From positions 37,907 through 101,906 of the forward strand of contig CAWAHP010000008.1 in assembly GCA_963781875.1 (NCBI GenBank): 64,000 nucleotides of DNA. The letters are read 5' to 3'. Under the pieces are notes generated by a model that was not told the origin of the DNA, made no database searches, and was given only the letters and a program-made list of their open reading frames with translations. Shown piece after piece: positions 9,712 to 23,875 of this stretch. The stretch comes from an uncultured Alphaproteobacteria bacterium (GTDB taxonomy: Bacteria > Pseudomonadota > Alphaproteobacteria > Rhizobiales > Xanthobacteraceae). Each line of letters begins with the position of its first letter. The stretch's first letter is position 1. Position numbers and translations under genes: made by a program.

Positions 9712-10735
9712 TCAGCGATAAATGTCGGTATAAAGTTCGGACACGTCCGGCTCCGGATCGTGGGTGGCGAATTCCGCCGCCTGGTTGATCAGGTCGCGCA
9801 CCTCGCCGTCGATCTTCTTCAGCTCGTCTTCGTTGGCGAATTTCTTTTCCAGGATGCGGTGCCGCGCCATGTCGATCGGATCGTGCGTGGTGCGCACCTC
9901 GTCGACTTCCTCGCGCGTGCGGTATTTCGCCGGATCCGACATCGAGTGGCCGCGATAGCGGTAGGTGAGCATTTCCAGAATGATAGGGCCCCTTGCCGGC
10001 GCGGCACCAGGCGGCCGCCTTCTCGCCGGCGGCTTTCACCGCGCGCACGTCCATGCCGTCGACCTGCTCGCCGGGAATGTTGAACGACAGTCCGCGCCGC
10101 GACAGGTTCACCTCGGCCGAGGCGCGCGTGATCGCGGTGCCCATGGCGTAGCGGTTGTTCTCGATCACGTAGATGACCGGCAGCTTCCACAGCTCGGCCA
10201 TGTTGAAGCTCTCATAGACCTGGCCCTGGTTGGCGGCGCCGTCGCCGAAATAGGTCACGGTGATGTTGTCGTTGCCGCGGTAGTGATTGGCGAAGGCCAG
10301 GCCGGTGCCGAGCGGCACCTGCGCGCCGACAATGCCGTGGCCGCCGAAGAAGCCCTTCTCGACGCTGAACATGTGCATCGAGCCGCCCTTGCCCTTGGAA
10401 TAGCCATGGGTGCGGCCGGTCAGTTCCGCCATCACGCCCTTGGGGTCCATGCCGCAGGCGAGCATGTGGCCGTGGTCGCGGTAGCCGGTGATCACCTGGT
10501 CGCCGGCCTTGAGCGCCATCTGCATGCCGACCACGACGGCTTCCTGGCCGATATAGAGGTGGCAGAAGCCGCCGATCAGCCCCATGCCGTACATCTGCCC
10601 CGCCTTCTCCTCGAAGCGGCGGATGGTCAGCATGGTGCGATAGGCGGAAAGGTCCTGTTCCTTGCTGAAATCGGGGACCGGCTGGCTCGCCGGCGTTTTG
10701 TCACCGGCGTTCGGGTTTTTCTGGGCGACCGCCAT
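9712..10735 (-). CDS. pdhA: Pyruvate dehydrogenase E1 alpha subunit (frameshift near 9975)
   Basis: [37 protein letters not shown] motif, [16 protein letters not shown]. Confidence 0.96.
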
Positions 10736-10931
10736 TGGCACTCCCTGCGAAAGCGTCCGCGCGAATTGTGACGGGGCGTCGGTTAAGCCTTGCGACCCTG
10801 CAATAGCTTAAATCGCAGGTGGGCGGAAGCGCGAGGCCGCCGCGCGGAATTGCGGAAATCACCTGGAAATTGGCCGAAAATTTCAAAGCGCGGCGGTGGA
10901 CAACGGCGCGATACCCCGGTTTAGACAAAAC

Positions 10932-10979
10932 GCGCGTGATCTTATCCGAAAACCGGTTCCCACTTTTCGGGATCACGCG
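10932..10979 (-). repeat. Palindromic repeat (GCGCATGATCCCGAAAAGTGG family) abutting the ftsB stop codon
   Basis: Minus strand TAG-CGCGTGATCCCGAAAAGTGGGAACCGGTTTTCGGATAAGATCACGCGC; five copies in the window. Confidence 0.85.
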
Positions 10980-11299
10980 CTAGCGCGGGTGGATGAGCAG
11001 GGTCAGATCGCGCGGGTCGACATAGCCCGAGCAGCGCGCGGGCGCGCTCGTCCAGCATGTCGGGGTCGAGCCGGTCGGAGCGCAGCAGCGCCACCCGCCG
11101 CTCCCACACCGCGTGCTCGGCTTTGAGCCTGCGCCAGTTCCTGCTGCATCGCCGCCAGCTGCTGATCGAGGTCCTGTTGCGCGCGCAGGCCGTGATTGCC
11201 GGTAAAGGCATTGACGGCGAAATAGCCGATGAACAGCGCGGCGAAGATATAAAGACCGAGCGCGGTCAGGATGGTGCGGCGACGCCGGTGGGAGACCAT
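10980..11299 (-). CDS. ftsB: Septum formation initiator FtsB/DivIC (frameshifted in assembly)
   Basis: GYFAVNAFTGNHGL, coiled coil, LRSDRLDPDMLDERAR..LGYVDPRDL; eno-ftsB-pdhA synteny. Confidence 0.9.
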
Positions 11300-11323
11300 G
11301 GGCGCCACGATGCGGCAATCGCG

Positions 11324-11338
11324 TTAAGGCGGCTTTAA
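11324..11338 (-). promoter_or_regulatory. CtrA binding site upstream of ftsB
   Basis: Minus strand TTAA-AGCCGCC-TTAAC matches the full TTAA-N7-TTAAC consensus, about 25 bp upstream of the ftsB start. Confidence 0.7.
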
Positions 11339-11356
11339 TGGCGGGCGGCGCTCCGC

Positions 11357-11448
11357 TGTCATGCGCGGGCTTGACCCGCGCATCCCGCTTAGGAAGGCAA
11401 GGCCGTGCGCCCCTAATCGAGATGGCCGGGACAAGCTCGGCCATGACA
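11357..11448. repeat. Intergenic REP-like palindromic doublet (GTCATG type)
   Basis: TGTCATGCGCGGGCTTGACCCGCGCATC...GATGGCCGGGACAAGCTCGGCCATGACA. Confidence 0.8.
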
Positions 11449-11479
11449 ACAAAATATTCAATGCTGGTGGGACGACAAT

Positions 11480-12283
11480 CTATATCCGGTGCCTGATCTC
11501 GTTGCGGACGAAATTGCCCAATCGCTTGCCGCGGTTGCGCAGGATGCGCAGCAGCCCGTGATCGACGAAATAAGTGAGCAGGATCGAGTTGCGGGTCTTG
11601 ACCCGGTTGTGCACCGGGTCGGCCGAGTGCCAGGTGTCGTCGCCGACCGCGAAGGCGTAGCCGGTATTGGGCGCAAAACGCATCTGCGTTTTCTTCGGCA
11701 GCGAGCCGTCGGGCAGCTTCTCGTGGAAGATGGTGCCGATGTCGGTGTTGGCGTCGTCCTTCGGCAGGTAAAGCTGAACCGTGATTCCCTTCCAGCGCGT
11801 ATCGGTGTGCGGCGTGATCAGATAGCCGGGGATGTCGCGGGTCAGGATCGGGATCGGATACATGCCGACCTTGGCGAAGTCCTTGCCGAAACGCTTCGAC
11901 AGGCCGGGCGCGAGACGGCGGATGAAGGCCTGCTTGACCGGCTCGGAGCACAGCGCGCGGCCGACCACGTCCCACAGCGCGCGCTTCTCCGGCGGCAGAT
12001 TGCGGATGTATTCCGGGAACAGATCGATCTTCACGCGCGTATGGGTGCCGTCGGCGAGATCGTGGCCCTTGCTGCGGCCATGCATCGGCCGGTAGTCGGA
12101 CGACTCCGGCATCAGCGCGAGAATTTGCGCGTAGATGTCGTCCGGGAACACCCGGTCGAATTCGAGATGGAAGAATGGCTTGTCGACCGCGCGCGCGGCG
12201 TCGACCGATTGCGCGACGAACTCGGCGAGGCTATCGACGGCGCGGCGGCGATCGTGGCGGGCAAAGCTCGTGGTCTGATCCAT
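11480..12283 (-). CDS. Putative 2OG-Fe(II) oxygenase superfamily protein
   Basis: PHTD (HxD)...WHS (distal His)...RNS (RxS) motifs; PFFHL..DRVFP N-terminal motif; intact ORF. Confidence 0.7.
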   Translation of the reverse strand: MDQTTSFARHDRRRAVDSLAEFVAQSVDAARAVDKPFFHLEFDRVFPDDIYAQILALMPESSDYRPMHGRSKGHDLADGTHTRVKIDLFPEYIRNLPPEKRALWDVVGRALCSEPVKQAFIRRLAPGLSKRFGKDFAKVGMYPIPILTRDIPGYLITPHTDTRWKGITVQLYLPKDDANTDIGTIFHEKLPDGSLPKKTQMRFAPNTGYAFAVGDDTWHSADPVHNRVKTRNSILLTYFVDHGLLRILRNRGKRLGNFVRNEIRHRI

Positions 12284-12299
12284 CGTCAATTCTCGCTTA

Positions 12300-14229
<1,930 letters not shown>

Positions 14230-14300
14230 CGCATGATCCCGAAAAGCATGTCCTCGACGTGATCGGGGATGGGAACCGGTTTTCGGATAAGATCATGCGC
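14230..14300 (+). repeat. Palindromic repeat abutting the queF stop codon, variant with an extra internal hairpin
   Basis: TAG-CGCATGATCCCGAAAAG[CATGTCCTCGACGTGATCGGGGA]TGGGAACCGGTTTTCGGATAAGATCATGCGC. Confidence 0.85.
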
Positions 14301-14311
14301 AAACAAAATGC

Positions 14312-15475
14312 TCATCCGACGATGGCGTGCGGCAGGAAGCGCGACGTGTTCTTGGTGATCGCGGCTCGCGTCCTCGCGCACCGACAGTCCGCACGGCGCG
14401 CCGGCGGCGAACCACGAACCGAGCACGGTGTAATTGCCGTCGAACTGCGGCAGCGGCGCGATCGCCTGCCGCACAAAACCTTCCGCGCCATAGGGACCGT
14501 CGTCCTTGTCGAGCGAACGGCCGTCGCTGACCAGATCGATATTGGCGCCTTCGCGCGAATAGAGCGGCTTGCGCGCATAGGAGGCGCCGAGCGTCGCGGC
14601 TTTCGGATCGTCGTCGAAATAGGCCGGCAGCAGATTGGGATGGTTCGGAAACATCTCCCACAGCAGCGGCAGAATGCCCTTGTTGGAGAGAACCGCCTTC
14701 CAGGGCGGCTCGACAAATTGCGTCGCCGAACCGGGCAGCGAGGCGCCGAAGGCTTCGCGCATCATCCATTCCCACGGATAAAGCTTGAACAGCAATTCGA
14801 TCGGACGATTGTCGTCGTCGATGAACTGCCCGGCGCGGCTTTTGCCGATGTCCTCGATCGGCAGCACCGTTGTCGTCAGGCCGGCCTGATGCGCGCAATC
14901 CTCGAGATAAGCGATGGTGCCGGCGTCTTCCGGATTGTCCATCATGCGCGGTGAGATGCAGCGGCCGGCCGTTGCCGATCTCCTTCCAGCCCTGGATCAG
15001 CCGCTCGTGCAGCGAATTGAACTGGTCGGCGTCTTTCGGCAGGACTTTGCGCTCGATCGCCTGCTCGAGCCACATCCACTGGAACACGCCGGTCTCCAGC
15101 ACCGCGGTCGGCGTGTCGGCATTGTATTCGAGCAGCTTTGCCGGCCCGTTGCCGTCATAGCGCAGGTCGAAGCGGCCATAGAGGCTCGGTTCGCGACTTT
15201 TTCCAGCTGCGCGCGATCCAGTTCCAGAACGGCACCGGAATGGCGAGCCGCCGCATCAGCTGCTCGTCGGCGATCACGCGCGCGACCAGTTCGCGGCACA
15301 TCTTGTCCAGTTCGCCGGTCGGCGCTTCGAGATCGCGTTCGATTTCCTTCAGCGTAAAGGCGTAATAGGCCCGCTCGTCCCAATAGCGCTCGCCGTCGAT
15401 GGTGTGAAAATTAAAGCCGATCTCTTCCGCGCGCGCGCGCCAGTCGGGACGCTCTTCGCTGGCGATCCGTTGCAT
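14312..15475 (-). CDS. Glutathionylspermidine synthase family ATP-grasp protein (YgiC/YjfC-like; frameshifted)
   Basis: RPDWRARAEEIGFNFH...YWDE, SLYGRFDL, EYNADTPT, FKLYPWEW, EPPWKAVLSNKGIL, KPLYSREG, SRFLPH. Confidence 0.9.
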
Positions 15476-15885
15476 CAGCTGCCGGAAGAATGCGCGCCGA
15501 CCGAATGGCCGGTGCTGCCGAAGCCGCCGCGCGAGTCCGGTCGCTATGCCCCACCGACGGCACCGAGGTGTGGCTCCGTCGACGGCGAGAACAGACTGCG
15601 CCGGCCGGATGGCTGCGTCGGCGACGAACTGTAGCCGTACGAACGGCTGGACCAATAGGAACGATAGCGCCAGGACGAGCGCCGGCTCGGCTCGCAAGGC
15701 GCATGCCGGCTTCACGGCCGGCCACAGCACCAGGCGCGAGCGTCTGCGGGCTGATCGCGCCCGGCGCCATCGCCGCCGGTTTTTCCGGCGCGGCGCATTC
15801 GCGCGGCGGAAGCAGCGCGTAGGCTCGAAGCGCCGGCGCTGGTCACGCCCATCAGCAACAGCGCGACCTGAGAGGATCGCTTCAT
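15475..15885 (-). CDS. YgiB/YjfM (DUF1190)-like protein (frameshifted)
   Basis: MKRSSQVALLLMG N-terminus, Ser/Arg-rich middle, C-terminal TRGGFGSTG; lies between DUF350 and the GSP synthase with a TGATG overlap. Confidence 0.6.
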
Positions 15886-15892
15886 CGCCGTC

Positions 15893-16297
15893 TCACAGCG
15901 TCATCGAGGCGGCGCTCAGCAGGCCGGCCGTGAGCGAGGCAAGGCCGAGCCAGATCGCCGGCGCCAGATCGCCGGCCGCGATCCGGTTTGAAAGATCCGG
16001 CACCGGAATGCGCGCGGCGTAAAACGTACCGATTTGCACGACGAGCGCGATCACGCCCCAGATCGCGCAATCGACCAGGTCGGCGGCATGCGCGACCGCG
16101 CTGGCGACCGGCAGGGCGAAGCCGAGCAAGCTCAAGCCGAGCGCAATGGCGGCGCCCGGAACGTTCTTGCGGACCAGTTCAAATTCGTTGATCGGCGTGA
16201 GGCGCGTATAGATCAGCAGGAATGCGATCACCAACGCCACCGACAGACAAAAATAGGCAACGAATGCCGGCAAACCTTCAAGCGACTGCAACACCAT
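15893..16297 (-). CDS. DUF350 (YjfL-like) membrane protein
   Basis: IYTRLTPINEFELVRKN..AAIALG..LLGFALP, WGVIALVVQ, GLLSAASMT. Confidence 0.88.
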   Translation of the reverse strand: MVLQSLEGLPAFVAYFCLSVALVIAFLLIYTRLTPINEFELVRKNVPGAAIALGLSLLGFALPVASAVAHAADLVDCAIWGVIALVVQIGTFYAARIPVPDLSNRIAAGDLAPAIWLGLASLTAGLLSAASMTL

Positions 16298-16393
16298 GAC
16301 TTAGCCCCCGTCGTTCGCGCAAAGCACAATAATTTCCAGGCCGTGGCGATCATAGCGAACTCCGGGCGCTTGCGAAGCAGGTTTTCCACGTCG

Positions 16394-17572
16394 TCATGCG
16401 ACTAAATCGGGGACGATGCGCTCGCCGGCCGCCGCAAACGCAAGCGCGCAAATCCAGCCGGTCGCCGTCAGCATGACCGCGCCGAACAGCAGCACCGGGA
16501 CGATGCCGACGCTGGAAAGGCCGAGGCCATAGACCACCGGCCCGATCGCCTGACCCAAAAAGAAAAACGCCGAATGCCCGGCCATCGCCGATCCGCGCGC
16601 CGCCGGCGCCAGTTCGGTGACATAGACCTGGATGCAGCCGTGCAGCAGGTAGAAGCCGAAGCCGAGCAGAATGAAATTGGCGAACTCGACCGGCCAGGGC
16701 GCGCGCAGCGCGATCACGATCAGGCAGAATGCCATCGCCATGCCGCCGGCCGCCATCAAACGCCGTTCGCCGAAATGTGCGAGCAGCCGCGACACCAGCA
16801 GCGTGTAGATGATGCCGCCGATGCCGAAGCCCGCGATCACGATGCCGGCGATCGAGGCGCGCGTTTCGCCTTCGGTGTGCAGCAGGCCCGCCATGTAGGG
16901 AAACACGCCGAACATGAATACCGCTTCCACGAATACCGCGCCAAAACAGTATTTCGCCATCGGTTGCTGAAGATCGCGCGATAGTTCGGAACCAAGCTCG
17001 ACAGATCGAAACGTCCGGCCGCCTCGTTCATGCCGCGAGAAGCCGGGAATGGCTACGCCGAGCGCGATCAGGTCGATGGCGCCGGTCGCAAAGAACACGC
17101 CGCGCCAGCCGATCAGATCGCCGATCACGCCGGCGCCCGACGCGCCCAGCAGATTGCCGCTCATGGCCGCGAACAGCAGCTTGCCGATCGCGACCTGGCG
17201 CTGCGCCACCGGAACGCGGTCGCCGACGACCGCGAACGCGATCGGGAATACGCCGCCGGCGGTCATCCCGGCGAGCACGCGCAGACCCATCAGCGTCTCG
17301 AAATTCGTCACCAGCCCGCAGGCGAGCGTGGTGATGCCGCCGATCAGCATGCAGATCGCGATCAGCCGCGCCTTGCTGAACATGTCGGCGAGCGCGCCGA
17401 GCACCGGCTGCATCAGCGCATAAGGCAAGGTGAAGCCGGTCGACAGCAACGCGGCGGTGGTCGGCGCCACGTTCAAACCTTCGGCGATTTGCGGAATGAC
17501 CGGATCGACCGAGCGCATGAACAGCGACGTCGCGAATATGACGAACGCCATGAGGTTGAGGACGCGGCCCAT
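16394..17572 (-). CDS. MFS transporter (YnfM-like)
   Basis: Multiple TM helices, GALADMFSKAR motif-A-like, GWRGVFF, ELAPAARGSAM; compensating indels near 16960-17040. Confidence 0.88.
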   Translation of the reverse strand: MGRVLNLMAFVIFATSLFMRSVDPVIPQIAEGLNVAPTTAALLSTGFTLPYALMQPVLGALADMFSKARLIAICMLIGGITTLACGLVTNFETLMGLRVLAGMTAGGVFPIAFAVVGDRVPVAQRQVAIGKLLFAAMSGNLLGASGAGVIGDLIGWRGVFFATGAIDLIALGVAIPGFSRHERGGRTFRSVELGSELSRDLQQPMAKYCFGAVFVEAVFMFGVFPYMAGLLHTEGETRASIAGIVIAGFGIGGIIYTLLVSRLLAHFGERRLMAAGGMAMAFCLIVIALRAPWPVEFANFILLGFGFYLLHGCIQVYVTELAPAARGSAMAGHSAFFFLGQAIGPVVYGLGLSSVGIVPVLLFGAVMLTATGWICALAFAAAGERIVPDLVA

Positions 17573-17601
17573 GATCAGCGCACGCCGCGTATTCTTTGTT
17601 T

Positions 17602-17650
17602 GCGCATGATCTGATCCGACAACCGGTTCCCACTTTTCGGGATCATGCGC
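17602..17650 (-). repeat. Palindromic repeat 2 nt after the kdsA stop codon
   Basis: Minus strand TGA-AC-GCGCATGATCCCGAAAAGTGGGAACCGGTTGTCGGATCAGATCATGCGC. Confidence 0.85.
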
Positions 17651-17652
17651 GT

Positions 17653-18489
17653 TCAGCGCTTGGCCAGCCGGTCGAATTCGACCAGCGTGCGCAGCAGCGG
17701 CTCCATCTGCTTCAGCGGCATCATGTTGGGGCCGTCGGACGGCGCCTTGTCGGGATCCTGGTGGGTCTCGATGAACACGCCGGCGACGCCGACCGCGACC
17801 GCCGCGCGCGCCAGCACCGGCACGAATTCGCGCTCGCCGCCCGAGGACGTGCCCTGCCCGCCCGGCTGCTGCACCGAATGGGTGGCGTCGAAGATCACCG
17901 GTGCGCCGGTTTTCTCCTTCAGGATCGGCAGCGCGCGCATGTCGGACACCAGCGTGTTGTAGCCGAACGACACGCCGCGCTCGGTCACCAGCACGTTGCG
18001 GTTTCCCGCCGCCGTGATTTTCGCGACCACGTTCTGCATGTCCCAGGGCGCCAGGAACTGGCCCTTCTTCACGTTGACGGCCTTGCCGGTCTTGGCGGCG
18101 GCGATCAGCAGATCGGTCTGCCGGCACAGGAAGGCCGGGATCTGCAACACGTCGACCGCTTGCGCTACGCGCGCGCATTGCTCGGCATCGTGCACGTCGG
18201 TGAGCACGGGCAGTTTCAGCGTGTCGCGGATTTCGGCGAATATGGGCAGCGCCGCGTCGAGCCCGATGCCGCGCGCGCTCTTGGCAGAGGTGCGGTTGGC
18301 CTTGTCGAACGAGGTCTTGTAGACGAGGCCGATGCCGACGCGCGCGGCGATCTCCTTCAGCGCCGTCGCCATTTCCAGCGCATGCGCGCGGCTTTCCAGC
18401 GCGCAGGGCCCGGCGATCAGCGCCAGCGGCAAGGCATTGCCGAAGCGCACGGCGCCGATGGTGACGGTGGTGTTGGGTTTTGCTTCCAC
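17653..18489 (-). CDS. kdsA: KDO-8-phosphate synthase
   Basis: [50 protein letters not shown]. Confidence 0.97.
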   Translation of the reverse strand: MEAKPNTTVTIGAVRFGNALPLALIAGPCALESRAHALEMATALKEIAARVGIGLVYKTSFDKANRTSAKSARGIGLDAALPIFAEIRDTLKLPVLTDVHDAEQCARVAQAVDVLQIPAFLCRQTDLLIAAAKTGKAVNVKKGQFLAPWDMQNVVAKITAAGNRNVLVTERGVSFGYNTLVSDMRALPILKEKTGAPVIFDATHSVQQPGGQGTSSGGEREFVPVLARAAVAVGVAGVFIETHQDPDKAPSDGPNMMPLKQMEPLLRTLVEFDRLAKR

Positions 18490-18550
18490 GCTTAATCCTC
18501 GTGCGCCGAGACCATGAAGCGCCCAAGCGGCGCGGTCAACGGTTGGCGAA

Positions 18551-20193
<1,643 letters not shown>

Positions 20194-20391
20194 TTAGCTA
20201 CCCCAAATCAATTCGACGAGCGCGAAAAGCGAAGGGCCGCTCTGCGCCTGTGCGTAGATTGAAAATCTTTCGCTATTGCAGATACTTGCATCTCGACCTT
20301 CACGTTTTTACTGAGCAAGTCTACTGGCCCCCCGATCTGCACTCGTCCAAAACGCCGAAGGGCCGGTTTCCCGGCCCCTCGTTGAAGTCTC

Positions 20392-20782
20392 TCACTTCGA
20401 CTGCGGCACCTGCGGTCCCGACGGAGCGGCCGGCGGCGCCGCGGGTGCGCCCGTTGCAATTGGTTGAGCAGCCCGCCGCTGCCGCTGCCGAGCGGTGCCG
20501 GCGCACCTGGCGCTGTGGGCGCGCTCTGGCCGCCCTGGATGATGGAGGTCGGCTTGCGGTTGAAGCCGGCCAGGATCGACAGCACGAGGCTGGTCACAAA
20601 GAACAGGCCGGCGAGGATCGCGGTCGCGCGCGTGAGCATGTTGGCGGTGCCGCGGCTGCTCATGAAACCGCCGCCACCGCCCCCGCCAATGCCAAGCCCG
20701 CCGCCCTCGGAGCGCTGCAGCAGCACCACGCCGATCAAGGCGAGCACCAGCATCAGATGGATGACAATGATCACTGCTGCAT
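20392..20782 (-). CDS. secG: Preprotein translocase subunit SecG (frameshifted)
   Basis: IHLMLVLALIGVVLLQRSEGGGLG...SSRGTANMLTRATAILA; tpiA-secG-pyrG synteny. Confidence 0.92.
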
Positions 20783-20953
20783 GACGCTAAAATCCGTTCA
20801 ATACCCAAACCGGTCCGGGCTCGCCGCGAGAGGCGGCGCCATGCGCGTCATATAGGAATTCGCCGCGGTCTCTACACGATCCTTCGGCGTATTTCCACCC
20901 TTGCCGGACTGCCGTTAAAGCACTTCAGTCCGCAACAAAATCGCGCCTTGTTT

Positions 20954-21002
20954 GTGCATGATCTTTTCCAAAAACCGGTTGCCATTATTTTAGGATCATG
21001 CG
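20954..21002 (-). repeat. Degenerate palindromic repeat abutting the tpiA stop codon
   Basis: Minus strand TAG-CGCATGATCCTAAAATAATGGCAACCGGTTTTTGGAAAAGATCATGCAC. Confidence 0.8.
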
Positions 21003-21766
21003 CTAGCGGTAAACCCCCGCAATACCAAGGAAATCCTCCGCTTTCAGGCTGGCGCCGCCGACCAGGGCGCCGTTCACATTGGCAACGTCGAGAAGCTCCT
21101 TGGCGTTTGAGGGCTTGACCGAGCCGCCATAGAGGATGCGGATGCGGCTACCTTCTTCTGCGCCATAGCGGTCACTGAGCTTTTGGCGGATGAAGGCGTG
21201 AACCTCTGCCACGTCGGCCGCCGTCGGGGTCAAGCCCGTTCCGATCGCCCACACCGGCTCATAGGCGATCACCAGATTGGCGCTGGTTCCGCCATCGGGC
21301 AGCGAACCGTCGAGCTGGCGGCCGACGACCGTCGAGGGTCTGCCCCGCCGTCGCGCTCGGACCGCTGTTCGCCGACGCAGACGATCGCGATCAGTCCTGC
21401 CCGCCGCGCGGCCAGCGCCTTGGCGCGCACTTGCGCGTCGGTTTCGTGATGGTCGGTGCGGCGCTCGGAGTGGCCGACGATGACGGCGCGGGCGCCGGCA
21501 TCGGCCAGCATTTCGGCCGCGATGTCGCCGGTATGGGCGCCGGACGGCTCGGCGTGACAATCCTGACCGCCGATGATCACGGCGGAGCCGCGCGCCGCGC
21601 CTGCGAACGTCGCGATCAGGGTCGCCGGCGGGCACACCATCAGGTCGACTTTTGCGGCAAGCGCTGCCGCGCCCTTGATGATCTTGGCAAGCTCGCCCTC
21701 CGAGACGGCAAGCCCGTTCATCTTCCAGTTGCCCGCCACCAGCGGGCGTATGGTCGCCGCCGCCAT
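21003..21766 (-). CDS. tpiA: Triosephosphate isomerase (frameshifted)
   Basis: [40 protein letters not shown]. Confidence 0.96.
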
Positions 21767-21931
21767 GTACAAGTCCCTTTGCGCGTGCGGTTATCAGACC
21801 CGCTCGACGGGCGCCAGAGCGGGCCGGCCTGACGCCGATCCTTCTTGAGTTGCAAGGAGTTGACCCGCTCCCTATAAGGACGCCATTACCCTTCATTCTG
21901 ACGTCACGGACACCCAGGAAGAAACGCGCGC

Positions 21932-23871
21932 ATGCTCCGCGGTATCCACAAAGCCTCCTCGACCTGGCTCGGCAAGGCCGTCATGGCCGTCATCATGGGC
22001 GTCCTCGTGATCAGCTTCGCGATCTGGGGCATCGGCGACATTTTCCGCGGCTTCGGCCTCAATTCGGTGGCCAAGATCGGCAATACCGAGATTTCGATCG
22101 AGCAGTTCCGCCAATTTTACACCGACCGGCTGCAACAGCTCGGGCGGCAGCTTGGCCGTCCGATCACGCCCGACCAGGCGCGCGCGCTCGGCCTCGACCG
22201 GCAATTGCTTGGCCAACTGGTCGCCGAGACCACGCTCGACGAGCAGTCACGGCAATTGCGCCTCGGCCTGTCCAACGACGACATCGCGCAGCGCATCACC
22301 AGCGATCCGAATTTCCGCGGGATCACCGGCCAATTCGACCGTTCGCGTTTCGAGCAGATCATCCGCCAGGCCGGCTTCACCGAAGGCCGCTTCGTCGAAG
22401 AGCAGCGGCGCGTGACCTTGCGCCGGCAGATCGCGCAAAGCGTCAGCGGCGAGCTGCACGTTCCGGTCGCGACGCTGACCGCGATCAATCAATTTCAGAA
22501 CGAAAAACGCACCATCGAATATCTGCCGTTGGGGCCGCGCAGGCCGGCGATGTTCCGCAGCCGACGCCGGAGGAGCTCGCCAAATATTTCGAGGAGCGCA
22601 AGGTTCTGTTCCGCGCGCCGGAATATCGCAAGGTCACGCTGCTCTCGCTCGCGCCGGCCGACATCGCCAAGCCGGAGTCGGTGCCCGACGCCGATGCCAA
22701 GACTTACTACGAGCAACACATCAACAACTATGGCACGCCCGAGCGCCGCGAGCTGCGCCAGATCGTGTTCCCGAATGCGGACGAGGCCGCGGCCGCGCAT
22801 GATCGCATCACCAAGGGCCTGAGCTTCGCCGATCTGGCCAAGGAGCGCGGCATGAAGGAGTCCGATATCGAGGTCGGCACGGTGGCGAAGTCCGACATCA
22901 TCGATCCGGCCGTCGCCGACGCCGCCTTCGCGCTCAAGCCGGGCGAGGTCAGCGCGCCGGTCAAGGGCCGCTTCGGCACGGTGCTGCTGCAAGTCGACAA
23001 GATCGAACCGGGGCAGCAGAAGACCTACGAGGACGTCGCCGCCCAGATCAAACGCGAGATCGCCGAGACCCGCGCCAAGACCGAGCTCGGAAATCTGCGC
23101 GACAAGATCGAGGACGAGCGCGCCGCCGGCTCCACCCTCGCCGAAACCGCCAAGAAGCTTGAACTCAAATCCGTCACCATCGAGGCGGTCGACCGCTCCG
23201 GCCGCGGGCTGGACGGCAAGCCGATCGCCGACCTGCCGAAGACGCCGGACGTGATCGACGCCGCCTTCTCCAGCGACATCGGCGTCGACAGCGATGCGCT
23301 GCAACTGCCGGCCGGCGGCTATCTCTGGTACGACGTCACCGGCATCACGCCATCGCGCGAGCGCCCGCTCGACGAGGTGAAGGATCAGGTCGCGACGCGC
23401 TGGCGCGACGACGAGATCGGCAAGCGTCTGCAGGCCAAGGCCGACGACATGCTCGGCAAGCTCAAGGCCGGCACGGCGTTCGCTCAGGTCGCGAGCGAGG
23501 CCGGACTTAAAGTGGAAACGGCAACCGATCTGCAGCGCCGCAAGCAGGCCGGCTTCCTGCCGGCCAAGGTGGTCGACGCCGTGTTCAAAACGCCGAAGGG
23601 CGCGCCCGCCAGCGCCGAAGGCGACCAGCAGACCGAGCGTTTCGTGTTCCGCGTGACCGACGTGATCGATCCCAAGCTCGATGCGGCTTCGCCGGAAGCC
23701 AAGCAGCTTTCGACCACGCTGCAAAATTCCTATGCCGACGACATCATCGGCGAATATATCGCGCGGCTCGAAAACGATTTCGGCGTCAACATCAACCAGT
23801 CGGCGTTGAACCAGGTCATCAGCGGCGGCACCGCCAACACCTCCAACACCAGCGGCCCCGGCGACTACTGA
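21932..23871 (+). CDS. ppiD: SurA-N/PpiD-type periplasmic chaperone-rotamase (frameshift near 22530)
   Basis: N-terminal TM ..[13 protein letters not shown], SurA_N region, rotamase-like [21 protein letters not shown]. Confidence 0.85.
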
Positions 23872-23875
23872 GCCC

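Noticed and set aside
16394-18526. 710-aa ORF suggesting a kdsA-MFS fusion
   Set aside because: The N-terminal half is an alternative frame of kdsA read through the intergenic repeat; kdsA has its own stop at 17653.
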